This document shows, piece by piece, positions 1 to 10,617 of a stretch of 64,000 nucleotides of DNA. Location of the stretch: positions 19,387 to 83,386 of the forward strand of contig CAMDWI010000014.1 in the NCBI GenBank assembly GCA_945878555.1, in the 5' to 3' direction. A program made the position numbers and the translations under genes. How positions within the stretch are numbered: the stretch's first letter is position 1; each line of letters opens with the position of its first letter. The notes beneath the pieces are model-generated. The model ran no database searches. It was not told the DNA's origin and was given only the letters and a program-made list of their open reading frames with translations. Origin of the DNA: Klebsiella pneumoniae. Its GTDB lineage: Bacteria; Pseudomonadota; Gammaproteobacteria; Eutrophobiales; Eutrophobiaceae.

Positions 1-405
1 GGACACACCCTGGCGATGGGCATAATCGAGTGCGCGGGCACACTTGTAGGCGATCTCTATTACCTGATCAACCGGTAATAACTTGCCCGGTTTGGTAAAT
101 GCCTTCAGCGTGTTTCCGCCATCGACATATTCCATCACGATATAGCAGGTATCTGCATCCACGCCTGCATCATAGATACCGATGATATTCGGATGCGTCA
201 GTTTGCCCGCAGTGTGCGCCTCGTTAAAAAACATCTTGCGGAGTTTCGCACCTGTCTGCGGATCGCTAAAGGAGTCATCCAGCGCAATCTTGATCGCTAC
301 AGCCCTGTCGATATAGGGATCATGTCCGAGATAAACCACGCCCATACTGCCCCGGGCTATCTCCTGGCGGACTTCGTATTTTCCGAGGCTGGTCCTGTCT
401 GTCAT
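1..405 (-). CDS. Ser/Thr protein kinase, N-terminal 135 codons only (the gene runs off the window start)
   Basis: My reverse-strand translation from ATG 405..403 reads MTDRTSLGKYEVRQEIARGSMGVVYLGHDPYIDRAVAIKIA...KMFFNEAHTAGKLTHPNI...CYIVMEYVDGG...ALDYAHRQGV and stays open to nt 1. It has the Gly-rich loop GRGSMG, the VAIK lysine and the alphaC Glu of Hanks-type kinases. It is absent from the ORF track because it is truncated. Its ATG overlaps the upstream stop (ATGA at 402-405). Confidence 0.8.
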   Translation of the reverse strand, partial: MTDRTSLGKYEVRQEIARGSMGVVYLGHDPYIDRAVAIKIALDDSFSDPQTGAKLRKMFFNEAHTAGKLTHPNIIGIYDAGVDADTCYIVMEYVDGGNTLKAFTKPGKLLPVDQVIEIAYKCARALDYAHRQGVS

Positions 406-1712
406 AGGATAGTGTCCTTGCCAGCCACCGAGATGGCCATCATGTTTGTATTGGAGAGCCGGCGTACCAGTGTTTTCAGAAACACCTTGCTGAAGCGTAG
501 CTGACATTCCGGAGATACCTGGTCGATAAGCGTGGCATTGATCTTCATCAGTTGCATACTCTCGCGTGCGCGTATCGAGGCTGAACGCATCGTTTTTTCC
601 AGATAACTCATCTCACCGAAACAGTCTCCTGCCTTGAGCACACCGAGGACATGGCCTTCCTTGCTTACCTCTGCCGAACCGGAAACTATGATATAGAAAG
701 AATCATCCAGCTCACCCTCGACGATAATCTGCTCGTCCAGCCGACAGGTCTGCCAGATACAGGCACGGATGATTTCCCATATCTCTGACTCAGGAAACTC
801 CCTGAAAAAATCGATATTCTGGATTGCATTGAACATCTCCTGTTCACCGATATCTTCCTCGGGTTGTTCCAGATAATCAAACGCCAGGCTCAGATCGGCC
901 GCCATATTCAGACCCATTTTGTAACGCCTGGCCGGGGATTTTTGCAGGGCATGGCTGATGATCCGTTCAAGTATTTCCGGCAGATCAGAACGGTAGGTAG
1001 ACAGTGGTGGTTGTTGTTCATTGATTATCTTGTGGATAAGTCGTGAAAAGCTGTCGGCAATGAAAGGATGTTTGCCCGTCAGTAATTCATACATGACTAT
1101 TCCAAGTGAAAACAGGTCTGACTGGCTTGAAATCGAGTCTTCCTGTACCTGCTCGGGTGACATATAACGCGGTGAACCCACAAAACCGCTGGGCATCGTA
1201 TGGGTAGTTTCAGAGGAGATGACATGGGCGATGCTGAAATCTCCAATCTTGATGTCGCGATCACGCGTCACCAGTATGTTGGTCGGTTTGATGTCCCGAT
1301 GGATGACGCCCTGCCGATGTGCATAATCGAGTGCCTTGGCACATTTGAAGATAATCTCGACCACCTGCTTGACCGGCAACAGGTTGTCCGCCTTGCAATA
1401 CGTCTTCAGTGTGTCCCCGCCTTCCACCAGTTCCATCACGATATAACACTCATCACCGTCAACCCCGGCATCCAGTATGCTCATGATATTCGGATGTTTC
1501 AGCATGCCGGCAGTGTGTGCCTCGTTAAAAAACATCTTGCGATAGCGCTGACCGGACTCCCTGTCCTTTAATGAATCCGACATGGCCACCTTGACGGCTA
1601 CCAGTCTGTCGGCAAACGGATCATACCCCTGATAGACGATACCCATGCTGCCACGTCCAATCTGTTTCTGGATCTCGTATTTTCCGAGTTTCTTGGGTAC
1701 TGACACAGGCAT
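402..1712 (-). CDS. Ser/Thr protein kinase with a C-terminal cyclic-nucleotide-binding (cNMP/CAP-type) domain
   Basis: 436-aa ORF. Kinase motifs are GRGSMG, VAVK, HRDIKPTNILV, DFS (in place of DFG) and SPRYMSPEQ. The C-terminal part reads FFREFPESEIWEII...IIVEGELDDSFYIIVSGSAEV...LKAGDCFGEMSYL...RSASIRA, which is typical of a cNMP-binding beta-barrel. Confidence 0.85.
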   Translation of the reverse strand: MPVSVPKKLGKYEIQKQIGRGSMGIVYQGYDPFADRLVAVKVAMSDSLKDRESGQRYRKMFFNEAHTAGMLKHPNIMSILDAGVDGDECYIVMELVEGGDTLKTYCKADNLLPVKQVVEIIFKCAKALDYAHRQGVIHRDIKPTNILVTRDRDIKIGDFSIAHVISSETTHTMPSGFVGSPRYMSPEQVQEDSISSQSDLFSLGIVMYELLTGKHPFIADSFSRLIHKIINEQQPPLSTYRSDLPEILERIISHALQKSPARRYKMGLNMAADLSLAFDYLEQPEEDIGEQEMFNAIQNIDFFREFPESEIWEIIRACIWQTCRLDEQIIVEGELDDSFYIIVSGSAEVSKEGHVLGVLKAGDCFGEMSYLEKTMRSASIRARESMQLMKINATLIDQVSPECQLRFSKVFLKTLVRRLSNTNMMAISVAGKDTIL

Positions 1713-1846
1713 TTTCGCTCTTTATGATGTGGTTATATTACAGTTGTACCGGTTATCACTATACAAGCAACACAGAAGTCTGACACAGGACTGGACTGTC
1801 ATTCTGAGACTTTAATCTAAAATCAGTTTTGAGCCAGACGGACAAT

Positions 1847-3745
1847 TCAGGCTGATTTTAATGTGCCTGCGGCCGACCTGTCAGCGTATTGCCTGGATTC
1901 GATAAATGCGAGTATACCTGCGATGTTCAATCCGGCGTCACTCAGCATGTCTTCGCGTGAACCATGAGGAATTGCCCTGTCAGGCAGACCATGATTGATG
2001 ATACGGGTCGTAATTCCGTGCTCGCACAGTAATTCATTCACGGCGCTACCCGCCCCACCCTGTACGACATTTTCCTCCAGCGTCACCAGTAACTGATGTT
2101 CACTGGCAATCCTGATAATCAGGTCGGCATCCAGTGGTTTGACAAATCGCATGTTGATGACGGTCGCATCCAGCTGATTACCTATATCCAGCGCCGGTGT
2201 CAGCATAGGGCCAAATGCAAGTATGGCGATATTTCTGCCTTTGCGCCTGATCTCTGCCTTGCCCAGTGGTAGCACCTGCATTTGCTGTTCCAGTTCGACA
2301 CCAGGCCCGCCACCTCGTGGATAACGCACAGCGGCCGGCTGATCAAGCATATAACCGGTATACAGCATCTGCCGGCATTCATTTTCATCAGACGGAACCA
2401 TAATCACCATGTCCGGCAGACAGCGCAGGAAGGTAAGATCATAACTACCATTGTGGGTCGGACCGTCCGAGCCGACCAGACCTGCACGGTCTATGGCAAA
2501 TAACACAGGCAGTTTTTGCAATACTACATCGTGGATCAGCTGATCGTAGGCGCGCTGCAAAAAGGTCGAGTAGATCGCAACGACCGGTTTGAGTCCGTCA
2601 CATGCCATTCCTGCGGCAACGGTGACACTGTGTTGCTCGGCGATGGCCACATCAAAATACCGGTTCGGGAATTCCTCTGCAAAGCGGATCAGATCCGAGC
2701 CTTCTTTCATCGCGGGCGTAATCGCGACCAGCCTCGGATCCAGCCTCGCCATATCGCATATCCAGTCGCCAAAGATATTGCTGTAGGTAGGCCGCAGGTT
2801 TGCAGTTGAGCCTATCATCCCGGTGCGTGGATCAAAGGGTTTTGAAACCGCATGATATTTTACCGGGTCTGCCTCTGCCGGTGCATAACCTTTTCCCTTG
2901 CGGGTTATGATATGCAGAAATTGCGGACCCTCAAGGTGATTGATGTTCCTGATCGTTTCCAGCAGCGTGGGCAGATGATGGCCGTCGATCGGTCCGATAT
3001 AGTTAAAGCCAAGTTCTTCAAACAGCGTGCCTGGCACAATCAGGCCCTTGATATGCTCTTCTGCCCGTTTGGCGATTTCCCATACGGGTGGCATGTTAGC
3101 AAGTGCCTTTTTACCCTTTTGCCTGACATAGGTGTAAAGCTTGCCGGAAAGTATTTGTGCTACGCGGTTCGATAGCGCGCCGACATTGGGCGAAATCGAC
3201 ATATTATTATCATTGAGGATGACCAGCAGGTTACTCCCGAGATCCCCGGCGTGATTGAGCGCCTCGAACGCAAGACCGGCTGTCATTCCGCCATCGCCAA
3301 TAATGGCAACAACCTTGCGCGGGATACCTGTATGCTCACTTGCTATCGCCATACCAAGCGCGGCGCTGATCGATGTGCTGGAATGCCCTACCCCAAAGGT
3401 ATCGTATTCACTCTCTTCGCGTCTTGGAAACGGTGCCAGTCCGTTCCATTTGCGTATGGTCTGGAGTTTATCGCGTCGACCGGTAAGTACCTTGTGCACA
3501 TAGGCCTGGTGGCCTACGTCCCATACCAGACGGTCATGGGGAGTATTAAAGATATAATGCAGCGCAATCGTCAGCTCTACCGCGCCCATACTGGCAGCGA
3601 AATGTCCGCTGTTATTACTGGCCCACTGTAACAGGAACGCGCGTAATTCCCTGGCCAATGGCTCCAGTGCAGTCTCGGGCAAGGCACGCAAATCCCTTGG
3701 TGACCCAATCTTGTCCAGAATCGGCGTATTGATTTCTTTTTTCAT
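1847..3745 (-). CDS. dxs: 1-deoxy-D-xylulose-5-phosphate synthase
   Basis: 632 aa. Full-length resemblance to Dxs: N-terminus [13 protein letters not shown], the GHxSTS motif region ([16 protein letters not shown]) and the TPP-binding GDGGMTAG...NDN. Confidence 0.95.
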   Translation of the reverse strand: MKKEINTPILDKIGSPRDLRALPETALEPLARELRAFLLQWASNNSGHFAASMGAVELTIALHYIFNTPHDRLVWDVGHQAYVHKVLTGRRDKLQTIRKWNGLAPFPRREESEYDTFGVGHSSTSISAALGMAIASEHTGIPRKVVAIIGDGGMTAGLAFEALNHAGDLGSNLLVILNDNNMSISPNVGALSNRVAQILSGKLYTYVRQKGKKALANMPPVWEIAKRAEEHIKGLIVPGTLFEELGFNYIGPIDGHHLPTLLETIRNINHLEGPQFLHIITRKGKGYAPAEADPVKYHAVSKPFDPRTGMIGSTANLRPTYSNIFGDWICDMARLDPRLVAITPAMKEGSDLIRFAEEFPNRYFDVAIAEQHSVTVAAGMACDGLKPVVAIYSTFLQRAYDQLIHDVVLQKLPVLFAIDRAGLVGSDGPTHNGSYDLTFLRCLPDMVIMVPSDENECRQMLYTGYMLDQPAAVRYPRGGGPGVELEQQMQVLPLGKAEIRRKGRNIAILAFGPMLTPALDIGNQLDATVINMRFVKPLDADLIIRIASEHQLLVTLEENVVQGGAGSAVNELLCEHGITTRIINHGLPDRAIPHGSREDMLSDAGLNIAGILAFIESRQYADRSAAGTLKSA

Positions 3746-4078
3746 CCCGGTTTCACACTGTTGAATATTTTATATGGCGACAGTCCATCAACAGCCTGAT
3801 CAATCTGACTGTATATAACCCTGTTGAAGAGATACGCTTACACAGGACCGTATCCTGTTAATTTTGTGGATATTTTAACTTAAATATCCGGTGCCGTCTC
3901 TTCGTCGATTCAGCCTGCGGACAGATTAAAGAGGGTTTTGGCATCCAGACTTACAAACCAGGTGCCGTTACAGTTATAATCAGTTCAATGTTATCAGTTG
4001 AATGCCTTTAGAAAAACCTGTTCCTGCATCTGCCTGATAATACCCTGCAAAGACACTAAGAGGCTTTAAAACCGGACT

Positions 4079-4843
4079 ATGCGTATCAAACTGCCAAGAT
4101 TTATTATCATTCTGCTGACCATTCCGCTCATTTCGGCATGTTCCACCCTGCCAAAAACATCACAGGCAGACCCTGACTACATTAATGTGGATCCATTCGA
4201 ATCCACCAATCGTCATATCTACCGATTCAATGACGGACTGGATCGTTATTTTATTAAGCCGGTTGCGACGACCTATGCCAGCATGACTCCGGATCTGGTA
4301 CAGACCGGTGTTACTAACTTCTTCAACAATATCAGCTACCTGAATGTGGTCGTGAATTCATCATTGCAGGGCAAGCTGGATCAGGGTATGTCTGATCTGT
4401 TCCGGTTCCTGTTCAATTCAACACTGGGTGTAGTCGGTGTATTTGATGTCGCCACACCTCTCGGCATACCGGCCAACAAGGAAGACCTCGGGCAGACATT
4501 TGCGGTTTGGGGTAGTGGACAAGGCCCCTACCTGACCTTGCCCTTGTTTGGACCCAATACTGTACGTGATGCACCGGATATTATTACCAGCCTGTTTCTC
4601 AACCCGCTGACTTACCTGGCAACGGCAGTGTCGCTACCAGCGACAGCATTGAATATTGTTAATCGTCGCGCAAACCTGCTCGAGGCCAAAACCATGCTGG
4701 ATGAGGCCGCACTCGACCCGTATTCGTTTACCCGAGAGGCCTATCTGCAGCAACGTCTCTATCTGATCCATGACGGCGCCCCACCTGCAGATGCAAACGA
4801 TGATATATTTGGGGAAGAAATATTCAATGATAATTCAAATTAA
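4079..4843 (+). CDS. mlaA: Outer-membrane lipoprotein MlaA (VacJ family)
   Basis: 254 aa. Lipoprotein signal with lipobox LISAC. VacJ-family core reads DPFESTNRHIYRFND...FFNNISYLNVVVNSSLQGK...NSTLGVVGVFDVAT. Confidence 0.88.
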   Translation: MRIKLPRFIIILLTIPLISACSTLPKTSQADPDYINVDPFESTNRHIYRFNDGLDRYFIKPVATTYASMTPDLVQTGVTNFFNNISYLNVVVNSSLQGKLDQGMSDLFRFLFNSTLGVVGVFDVATPLGIPANKEDLGQTFAVWGSGQGPYLTLPLFGPNTVRDAPDIITSLFLNPLTYLATAVSLPATALNIVNRRANLLEAKTMLDEAALDPYSFTREAYLQQRLYLIHDGAPPADANDDIFGEEIFNDNSN

Positions 4844-4900
4844 CATAAATTTATATCTTATTGATAATATTATAATTATTAATTCTTAATATACTGGCCT

Positions 4901-4938
4901 GGCCAGTGTGGATATTGACCCGTTTGACCACACTGGCC
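4901..4938 (+). terminator. Stem-loop downstream of mlaA (11-bp stem, 16-nt loop); possible terminator or RNA-stability hairpin
   Basis: GGCCAGTGTGG (4901-4911) pairs perfectly with CCACACTGGCC (4928-4938). It lies 58 nt after the mlaA stop and follows a roughly 90% A+T tract. No T-run follows. Confidence 0.3.
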
Positions 4939-5157
4939 TCCCGGTACCCCCCCGATAACCTGCTCCAACGCTGTACCTGTTTTACCAAAGATCAACCCTG
5001 CCTGCTTTACCCTCAGATTTCGCTGTCCGCGGCCGGTGTAAAGGGGTATAAAATCGGTTTACCAATTTTTTATCGTAGTGCTATATTTAGGCGAATTTTC
5101 CTTAAATATTTTACGGTTAAGCGCTATTACTCACATTAAGCATAAAGAGTCAGACCG

Positions 5158-6708
5158 ATGAGTGAAGAAATACTGATTAATGTCAGCCCGCAGGAGACCC
5201 GTGTCGCCATCGTGGAGAACGGTTTATTGCAGGAAGTCCATATAGAGCGTACGAATAAACGCGGTCTGGTAGGTAATATATTCAAAGGCAAGGTATCACG
5301 GGTACTACCGGGTATGCAGTCTGCGTTTATCGATATTGGCCTCGACCGTGCCGGCTTCCTGCATGTGTCCGATATCGTAGAATCGCACAATGAGCTGGAA
5401 TCCAGCAAGTTCGTCAGCCCTGTCCAGGAGACCGCCATCAATACATTGCTGCGCGAAGGTCAGCAAATTCTGGTTCAGGTCATCAAGGACCCGCTGGGCT
5501 CAAAAGGTGCCCGCCTGACCACCCGTATCTCCCTGCCTTCCCGTTATCTTGTATATCTGCCTGATCATCCTGCCATTGCGATATCCCAACGTATTGAAGA
5601 TACAGTCGAACGCGAAAGATTACAGCAGGTGATACTGGACTATCATATGGGCGACAACCGCATGGCGGTAAATTCTTCCGCGACAAATGTGATTATGCAC
5701 ACAGCCGTCCAGCAATCCGTATTATTGAAAAAGGGCGGCTTTATAGTGCGGACAGCGGCCGAAGGTATCGGAGAGTCTGAACTGTACAAGGACATTGAAT
5801 ATCTCTACAAGTTATGGGACGCCACCAGCCGGATGACCCGACAGGCCTCCACACCGGACCTGATCTATGAGGATCTGCCACTGGCTATACGCACCATGCG
5901 CGACCTGGCCCACGCCGGCATCGAGAAGATCAGGATCGACTCCCTGGACACATTCGAACGTGTCATACAGTTCACCCGCGAGTTTATACCTGAGTGTACT
6001 GATCGCATCGAACATTACACCGGCGAACGACCTATCATGGATATGTATTCTGTCGAAGATGAAATCCAGCGTTCGTTAAATCGCCGTGTCCCACTGAAGT
6101 CAGGCGGTCATATAGTCATAGACCAGACGGAAGCGATGACCACAATCGATGTGAATACCGGTGCCTTTGTCGGACATCGCAACCACGAAGAAACCATCTA
6201 TAAAACCAATCTCGAAGCATCACAGGTCATCGCCAGACAATTAAGACTGCGTAATCTGGGCGGAATTATCATCATTGATTTTATCGATATGAAATCTGCC
6301 GAACACCGGAGACAGGTATTGCGTGCACTGGAAAAACATCTCGAACATGACCGCTCCCGCTACATCTTCAGTGAACTGACATCACTGGGACTGGTACAGC
6401 TAACCCGCAAGCGGACGCGGGAGAGTCTGGAACATATCCTGTGTGAGCCCTGTCCCGCCTGTAGTGGCAGGGGCAAGGTCAAGACAGCAGAGACGGTGTG
6501 TTATGAAATATTCAGGGAGATCATACGTGAAGTCCGTCAGTTTGATGCGCAGAAGCTGCTGGTAGTTGCCTCGGAAAAGGTGGTAGCGATGCTGATGGAT
6601 GACGAGTCTGCGAACGTGGCAGAACTGGAGGAGTTTATCGGCAAACCTATCACCCTGCAGGTGGAGCCGGAATACACTCAGGAACAATACGACATTGTTC
6701 CTTACTAG
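5158..6708 (+). CDS. rng: Ribonuclease G (RNase E/G family)
   Basis: 516 aa. S1 domain N-terminus reads LINVSPQETRVAIVENGLLQEVHIER...GNIFKGKVSRVLPGMQSAFIDIGL. Typical RNase G length, and it sits upstream of yhdP as in enterobacteria. Confidence 0.92.
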   Translation: MSEEILINVSPQETRVAIVENGLLQEVHIERTNKRGLVGNIFKGKVSRVLPGMQSAFIDIGLDRAGFLHVSDIVESHNELESSKFVSPVQETAINTLLREGQQILVQVIKDPLGSKGARLTTRISLPSRYLVYLPDHPAIAISQRIEDTVERERLQQVILDYHMGDNRMAVNSSATNVIMHTAVQQSVLLKKGGFIVRTAAEGIGESELYKDIEYLYKLWDATSRMTRQASTPDLIYEDLPLAIRTMRDLAHAGIEKIRIDSLDTFERVIQFTREFIPECTDRIEHYTGERPIMDMYSVEDEIQRSLNRRVPLKSGGHIVIDQTEAMTTIDVNTGAFVGHRNHEETIYKTNLEASQVIARQLRLRNLGGIIIIDFIDMKSAEHRRQVLRALEKHLEHDRSRYIFSELTSLGLVQLTRKRTRESLEHILCEPCPACSGRGKVKTAETVCYEIFREIIREVRQFDAQKLLVVASEKVVAMLMDDESANVAELEEFIGKPITLQVEPEYTQEQYDIVPY

Positions 6709-6721
6709 GCGATAAAACCGC

Positions 6722-9700
6722 TTGTCTGTCCGTATACTAAAAGGCCTCTACCAGGTTACTGTCTATACCATTGGTATAACCGTACTGCTGGCCGCTGTTT
6801 CGGCCACACTGGTACGTGTGTTACTGCCGGATATCGGGATGTACCGGAGTGAAATCGAGGCCTGGGTCAGTAACTATATGGAGTTCCCGGTCGCCATCCG
6901 TAACATCCAGGCGGACTGGCAAGGCTGGACTCCCTATCTGTATCTGGAAGATATCGACCTGCTGAACAAGGCCGGCACCCGTACCATCATCAAATTTGAA
7001 TCCGCACAGGTCAGCATCGACCCGCTTGCCACCCTCATGCGCAGGCAAATTGTACCGGACCGCCTCGTAATTTCCGGTTTTGAACTCGGCCTGACCCGTC
7101 TTGCAGATGGTTCCATTGATGTAGCCGGTCTGGAATCGGGTAAAAACATGCAACATAACAGGTCCAATAATGAACTTGCAGAGTGGTTGTTCGGGCAACG
7201 CTTGATCGAACTGCAAAATGTCCAGATCAAATGGCTTGATGAGACACTCGGACAGGCACCTGTTCTCTTGTCTGACGTTGACCTGGTATTACGCTCCGAT
7301 GGCAACCGGATGCAGGTCGAAGGTACCTCACCTCTACCCTCCATGTACGGTGAACGGCTTTCATTTGCCGTCGATGTGACAGGTAACCTGCTCAGCGCGA
7401 ACTGGGCAGCGGAGTTGTACATTCAGGGCAGTAATATCAATCCGGACTTCTGGTACCGCAAATACTGGCCAGCGGACATTAATGTTAGCGGAGGCAATGC
7501 CACAATCGCGATGTGGAGCAGCTGGAAAAATGCAAGGGTCCAGAGTATGAAAGGCCAGATGCACTACAGCAATTTTGAGTTCGGATCTTTTAGCGGGCCA
7601 AGACTGTCCGTCGAGCAATTGAGCACGCGTTTCAACAGTGTACGCAATAGTGATAACAGCTGGCAGGTAAATGTCGGTATCGACCATCTGCTGACGGCGA
7701 ATGGCAGTTGGGAACCTGCACTGGTATCGCTGCTGGCCCGACCTGATGACCCGAGTTATATTGTAAACTTCAACTACCTGAAAGTTGATGACCTGTATTC
7801 GATAATCACCGCACTCCCGCAACTACCCGACAAGATTGCCGCCTTGGCAGACAAATACCCACTGCATGGCGAACTGCGTGACGGTCGTGTCCTTTACAAA
7901 CCTGAAGCCTCACACAACGAAAAATTACAGTTTGATATTACCTTCAGTGAACTGGGAATGGCCTCCTCCGCGGCGATGCCTGTAATCTCCGGATTGTCCG
8001 CCCGGGTCCAGGGCAACGCTGATACCGGCAGGATTTCCTTCACCGAAGAAAATGCCGAGGTTGAATATTCGTCCGTGGAAACACGGGAAACAGTTCCGCT
8101 CACCATACATGGCCAGCTGTCCTGGGCAGTTACCAGTTCAGGATACGTGCTGTTTACCGACAAGCTTAGCCTGCGAAATGAGGAACTCGACACGCACGTT
8201 GCCGGATCGATCGGTATTACGGAGAAATGCTGTTATATCGATATGATTGCCGAGACAGATCCGGTTGACGTCGACACTTTTATCACGCATATCCCCTATA
8301 CAAAATCGTTCAGGCTGCGTGACTGGTTGCAAAAATCCGTACGTGATGGCCAGATGCAGCAGGCACGCGCCCTTTTCCGCGGCAATACAGCCGCATTTCC
8401 ATTTGATCGGCATAACGGTGTATTTCAACTTGCCCTTGATGTCTCGGGAGCGAGTCTTGAATATTCACCACGCTGGCCGGTAATCGGGGACATCACCGGT
8501 CAGGTCGGATTTGTCGGCAGGCAGATGATAATCAATATAGCCAGCGGCAGGATTTTTGATGCGGCGATATCGACAGCCACTGCCACTATTCCCGATATTT
8601 TTCCCAGACAGAAAACCGTCAATATCGATGGCCAGATCCGTGGGATTACCGATGATCTGAAAAAATATATCGGTCAAAGCCCACTGGGAACCAACCAGAT
8701 GTTGTCTAAACTGGTGACCTCGTTGTCAGCAGACGGCAATGTTGATCTTGGACTGCAACTATCGGTTCCGATCCGTGCTCCTGACCGGCAAACAACCATT
8801 AATGGCAGGCTGCAACTGGACAATACTGTGCTGACCACTGATTTGCAGGGCCTGCAGTTTACCGATATCGACGGTATTGTCAGCTTCACACGCAACAGCA
8901 TATCTGCAGAGAATATCTCAGCCAGATATGATAACAACCCGATCCGTCTGTCTGTGCAAGGTTCGGATACCGATGTGAATAATCCTGTTACGGTTGCCAT
9001 CCAGGGAACAGGTGATAACGCGTTTATCGCCCGCCAGGTTAACCACTATTTCCCTGGTATGTCTTATATCAACGAGGTTCTGGCTGAACGCCTCAGCGGT
9101 TCGACAGACTGGCAGGCCTCGCTCAGCTACGCAAAAAAACCCGGACAGACCGGCATGCAGCGCACGTTGAAGATCAGCTCCGACCTGTATGGAATGAATG
9201 TAAACCTGCCACAACCATTGACCAAACATGCCTATAAAAAAGTCCCGCTTGAGATCAGCAAAAATCTGGATGATGCAGAGGTTCCGCTGAAAATACGCTA
9301 TGGCAACATACTCACCTCCGAGATCCTCTCGGACAGTATCAATGGTCTGCAGCGGGCCGACATCAACTTTGGCAACAAGACCTATATGTATCCAGACCAC
9401 GATGGTGTCCTGCTGTTCGGAGCCGTCACTGAAATGGCCCCTGGTGAATGGATGGATCTGATTGGAACTTCCGGTTCCGGTCAGGAACGCGAGTTGATGA
9501 CTATCCAGGCGGATCTGGAATTCGACAACCTGCATCTGTTTGGTCAGACGTTCAGGGACATCAAGGTACGTGCAGATCATGACCTGCTGAACTGGAATGT
9601 CGGTCTCAGTAGCGAAAGTGTCAGTGGCAGCCTTACCATACCGCTGGGCACTGACAAGGACCAGCCTATCATTGCAGATCTGGATTATCTCAGGCTGGTC

Positions 9701-10585
9701 CGGGGTAGCAGCGGCAGCAACAGCAAACCGGTCATTCCCTCAAAACTGCGATCGATAAGTGCCCACGTCGATTCGTTCAGTTACGCCGGACTGGATCTTG
9801 GTGAGATGGTATTTGTAGCCGGTGCGGCCGATTACGGGCTTTATATTGATACCATGTCGTTCACCAAACCGTCATTCACCATTGAGGCAAGCGGCAAATG
9901 GAACGGTACCGACGGGGTCAACAATAGTTCTGACTTTACCATCCAGGCACATGCCACTGAATTCAACAGCATGCTGAAAACCTTTGGTTACGATGTCGCC
10001 GCAGTGAAAAAAGGTGAAGCGAATTTCGCCATCGATGCCAACTGGATCGGGACACCAATGGATTTTTCACTGGACAAGCTGAACGGTACACTGGGACTGA
10101 AGATTGGCAAGGGCCAGTTACTGGATATTCAGCCCTCTGCCGGGAGATTGTTTGGCTTGCTCAGCCTGCAAACACTGCCACGCAGACTAACGCTTGATTT
10201 CAGTGATCTGTTTGGTGATGGCATGGCGTTCGACGTGATTGAAGGAAACTTCGTCATCCGTAACGGTGATGCCTACACCGATGATCTGATCATGAAGGGA
10301 CCTTCAGTCGACATATCTATCAGCGGACGTACCGGGCTATCCACCCACGATTATGACCAGACCGCCGTGATTACCCCGCAGATATCCGACAGCCTTGCGG
10401 TAGCCAGCGGATTCCTCGGACCAATGGGACTGGGTCTGGGTACCGTACTCTATCTCGCGGGCAATATGTTCGAACCGCTACAGGACAGCATCAACAAGAT
10501 CATGATGTTCAAGTATTCGATCAGTGGCAGCTGGAATGACCCTGTCATTGAGAAACACCGCGACGCCACCAAGTCCAGTGGCTAG
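6722..10585 (+). CDS. yhdP: YhdP-family (AsmA-like) large inner-membrane-anchored envelope protein
   Basis: 1287 aa with one N-terminal TM helix. Its size and its position directly after rng match YhdP. The C-terminal part (...LPRRLTLDFSDLF..G..FD...G.F....G......L.M.GP......G...L....YDQ...V.P) is typical of this family. The start is a TTG at 6722, so the start is less certain than the gene call. Confidence 0.8.
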   Translation: MSVRILKGLYQVTVYTIGITVLLAAVSATLVRVLLPDIGMYRSEIEAWVSNYMEFPVAIRNIQADWQGWTPYLYLEDIDLLNKAGTRTIIKFESAQVSIDPLATLMRRQIVPDRLVISGFELGLTRLADGSIDVAGLESGKNMQHNRSNNELAEWLFGQRLIELQNVQIKWLDETLGQAPVLLSDVDLVLRSDGNRMQVEGTSPLPSMYGERLSFAVDVTGNLLSANWAAELYIQGSNINPDFWYRKYWPADINVSGGNATIAMWSSWKNARVQSMKGQMHYSNFEFGSFSGPRLSVEQLSTRFNSVRNSDNSWQVNVGIDHLLTANGSWEPALVSLLARPDDPSYIVNFNYLKVDDLYSIITALPQLPDKIAALADKYPLHGELRDGRVLYKPEASHNEKLQFDITFSELGMASSAAMPVISGLSARVQGNADTGRISFTEENAEVEYSSVETRETVPLTIHGQLSWAVTSSGYVLFTDKLSLRNEELDTHVAGSIGITEKCCYIDMIAETDPVDVDTFITHIPYTKSFRLRDWLQKSVRDGQMQQARALFRGNTAAFPFDRHNGVFQLALDVSGASLEYSPRWPVIGDITGQVGFVGRQMIINIASGRIFDAAISTATATIPDIFPRQKTVNIDGQIRGITDDLKKYIGQSPLGTNQMLSKLVTSLSADGNVDLGLQLSVPIRAPDRQTTINGRLQLDNTVLTTDLQGLQFTDIDGIVSFTRNSISAENISARYDNNPIRLSVQGSDTDVNNPVTVAIQGTGDNAFIARQVNHYFPGMSYINEVLAERLSGSTDWQASLSYAKKPGQTGMQRTLKISSDLYGMNVNLPQPLTKHAYKKVPLEISKNLDDAEVPLKIRYGNILTSEILSDSINGLQRADINFGNKTYMYPDHDGVLLFGAVTEMAPGEWMDLIGTSGSGQERELMTIQADLEFDNLHLFGQTFRDIKVRADHDLLNWNVGLSSESVSGSLTIPLGTDKDQPIIADLDYLRLVRGSSGSNSKPVIPSKLRSISAHVDSFSYAGLDLGEMVFVAGAADYGLYIDTMSFTKPSFTIEASGKWNGTDGVNNSSDFTIQAHATEFNSMLKTFGYDVAAVKKGEANFAIDANWIGTPMDFSLDKLNGTLGLKIGKGQLLDIQPSAGRLFGLLSLQTLPRRLTLDFSDLFGDGMAFDVIEGNFVIRNGDAYTDDLIMKGPSVDISISGRTGLSTHDYDQTAVITPQISDSLAVASGFLGPMGLGLGTVLYLAGNMFEPLQDSINKIMMFKYSISGSWNDPVIEKHRDATKSSG

Positions 10586-10617
10586 CCACCCGCCCCGAAC
10601 ATACTGGAAAGACAAAG

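Noticed and set aside
4863-4880. Fur-box-like hexamers GATAAT-ATTATA-ATTATT in the roughly 90% A+T tract after mlaA
   Set aside because: Only about 10 of 19 positions match GATAATGATAATCATTATC, and the hexamer spacing and orientation are off. Such matches are expected by chance in an A+T-only tract. No iron-related gene is adjacent.
4906-5139. 77-aa ORF in the mlaA-rng spacer
   Set aside because: It has a TTG/GTG-type start, no SD and no family resemblance. It begins inside the mlaA-distal hairpin. It is more likely rng promoter or leader sequence.
8918-9580. Long antisense ORFs inside large genes: 8918-9580 in yhdP, 13025-13669 and 13937-14551 in acnA, 28477-29271 in mfd, 33892-34668 in rpsA, 41892-42674 in gyrA, 44302-44946 in mtaD and 56765-57400 in ppsA
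   Set aside because: They lie fully inside well-supported genes on the other strand. Their composition is low-complexity or Arg/His/Gln-rich, with no recognisable motifs and no SD-start context. They are typical shadow ORFs.
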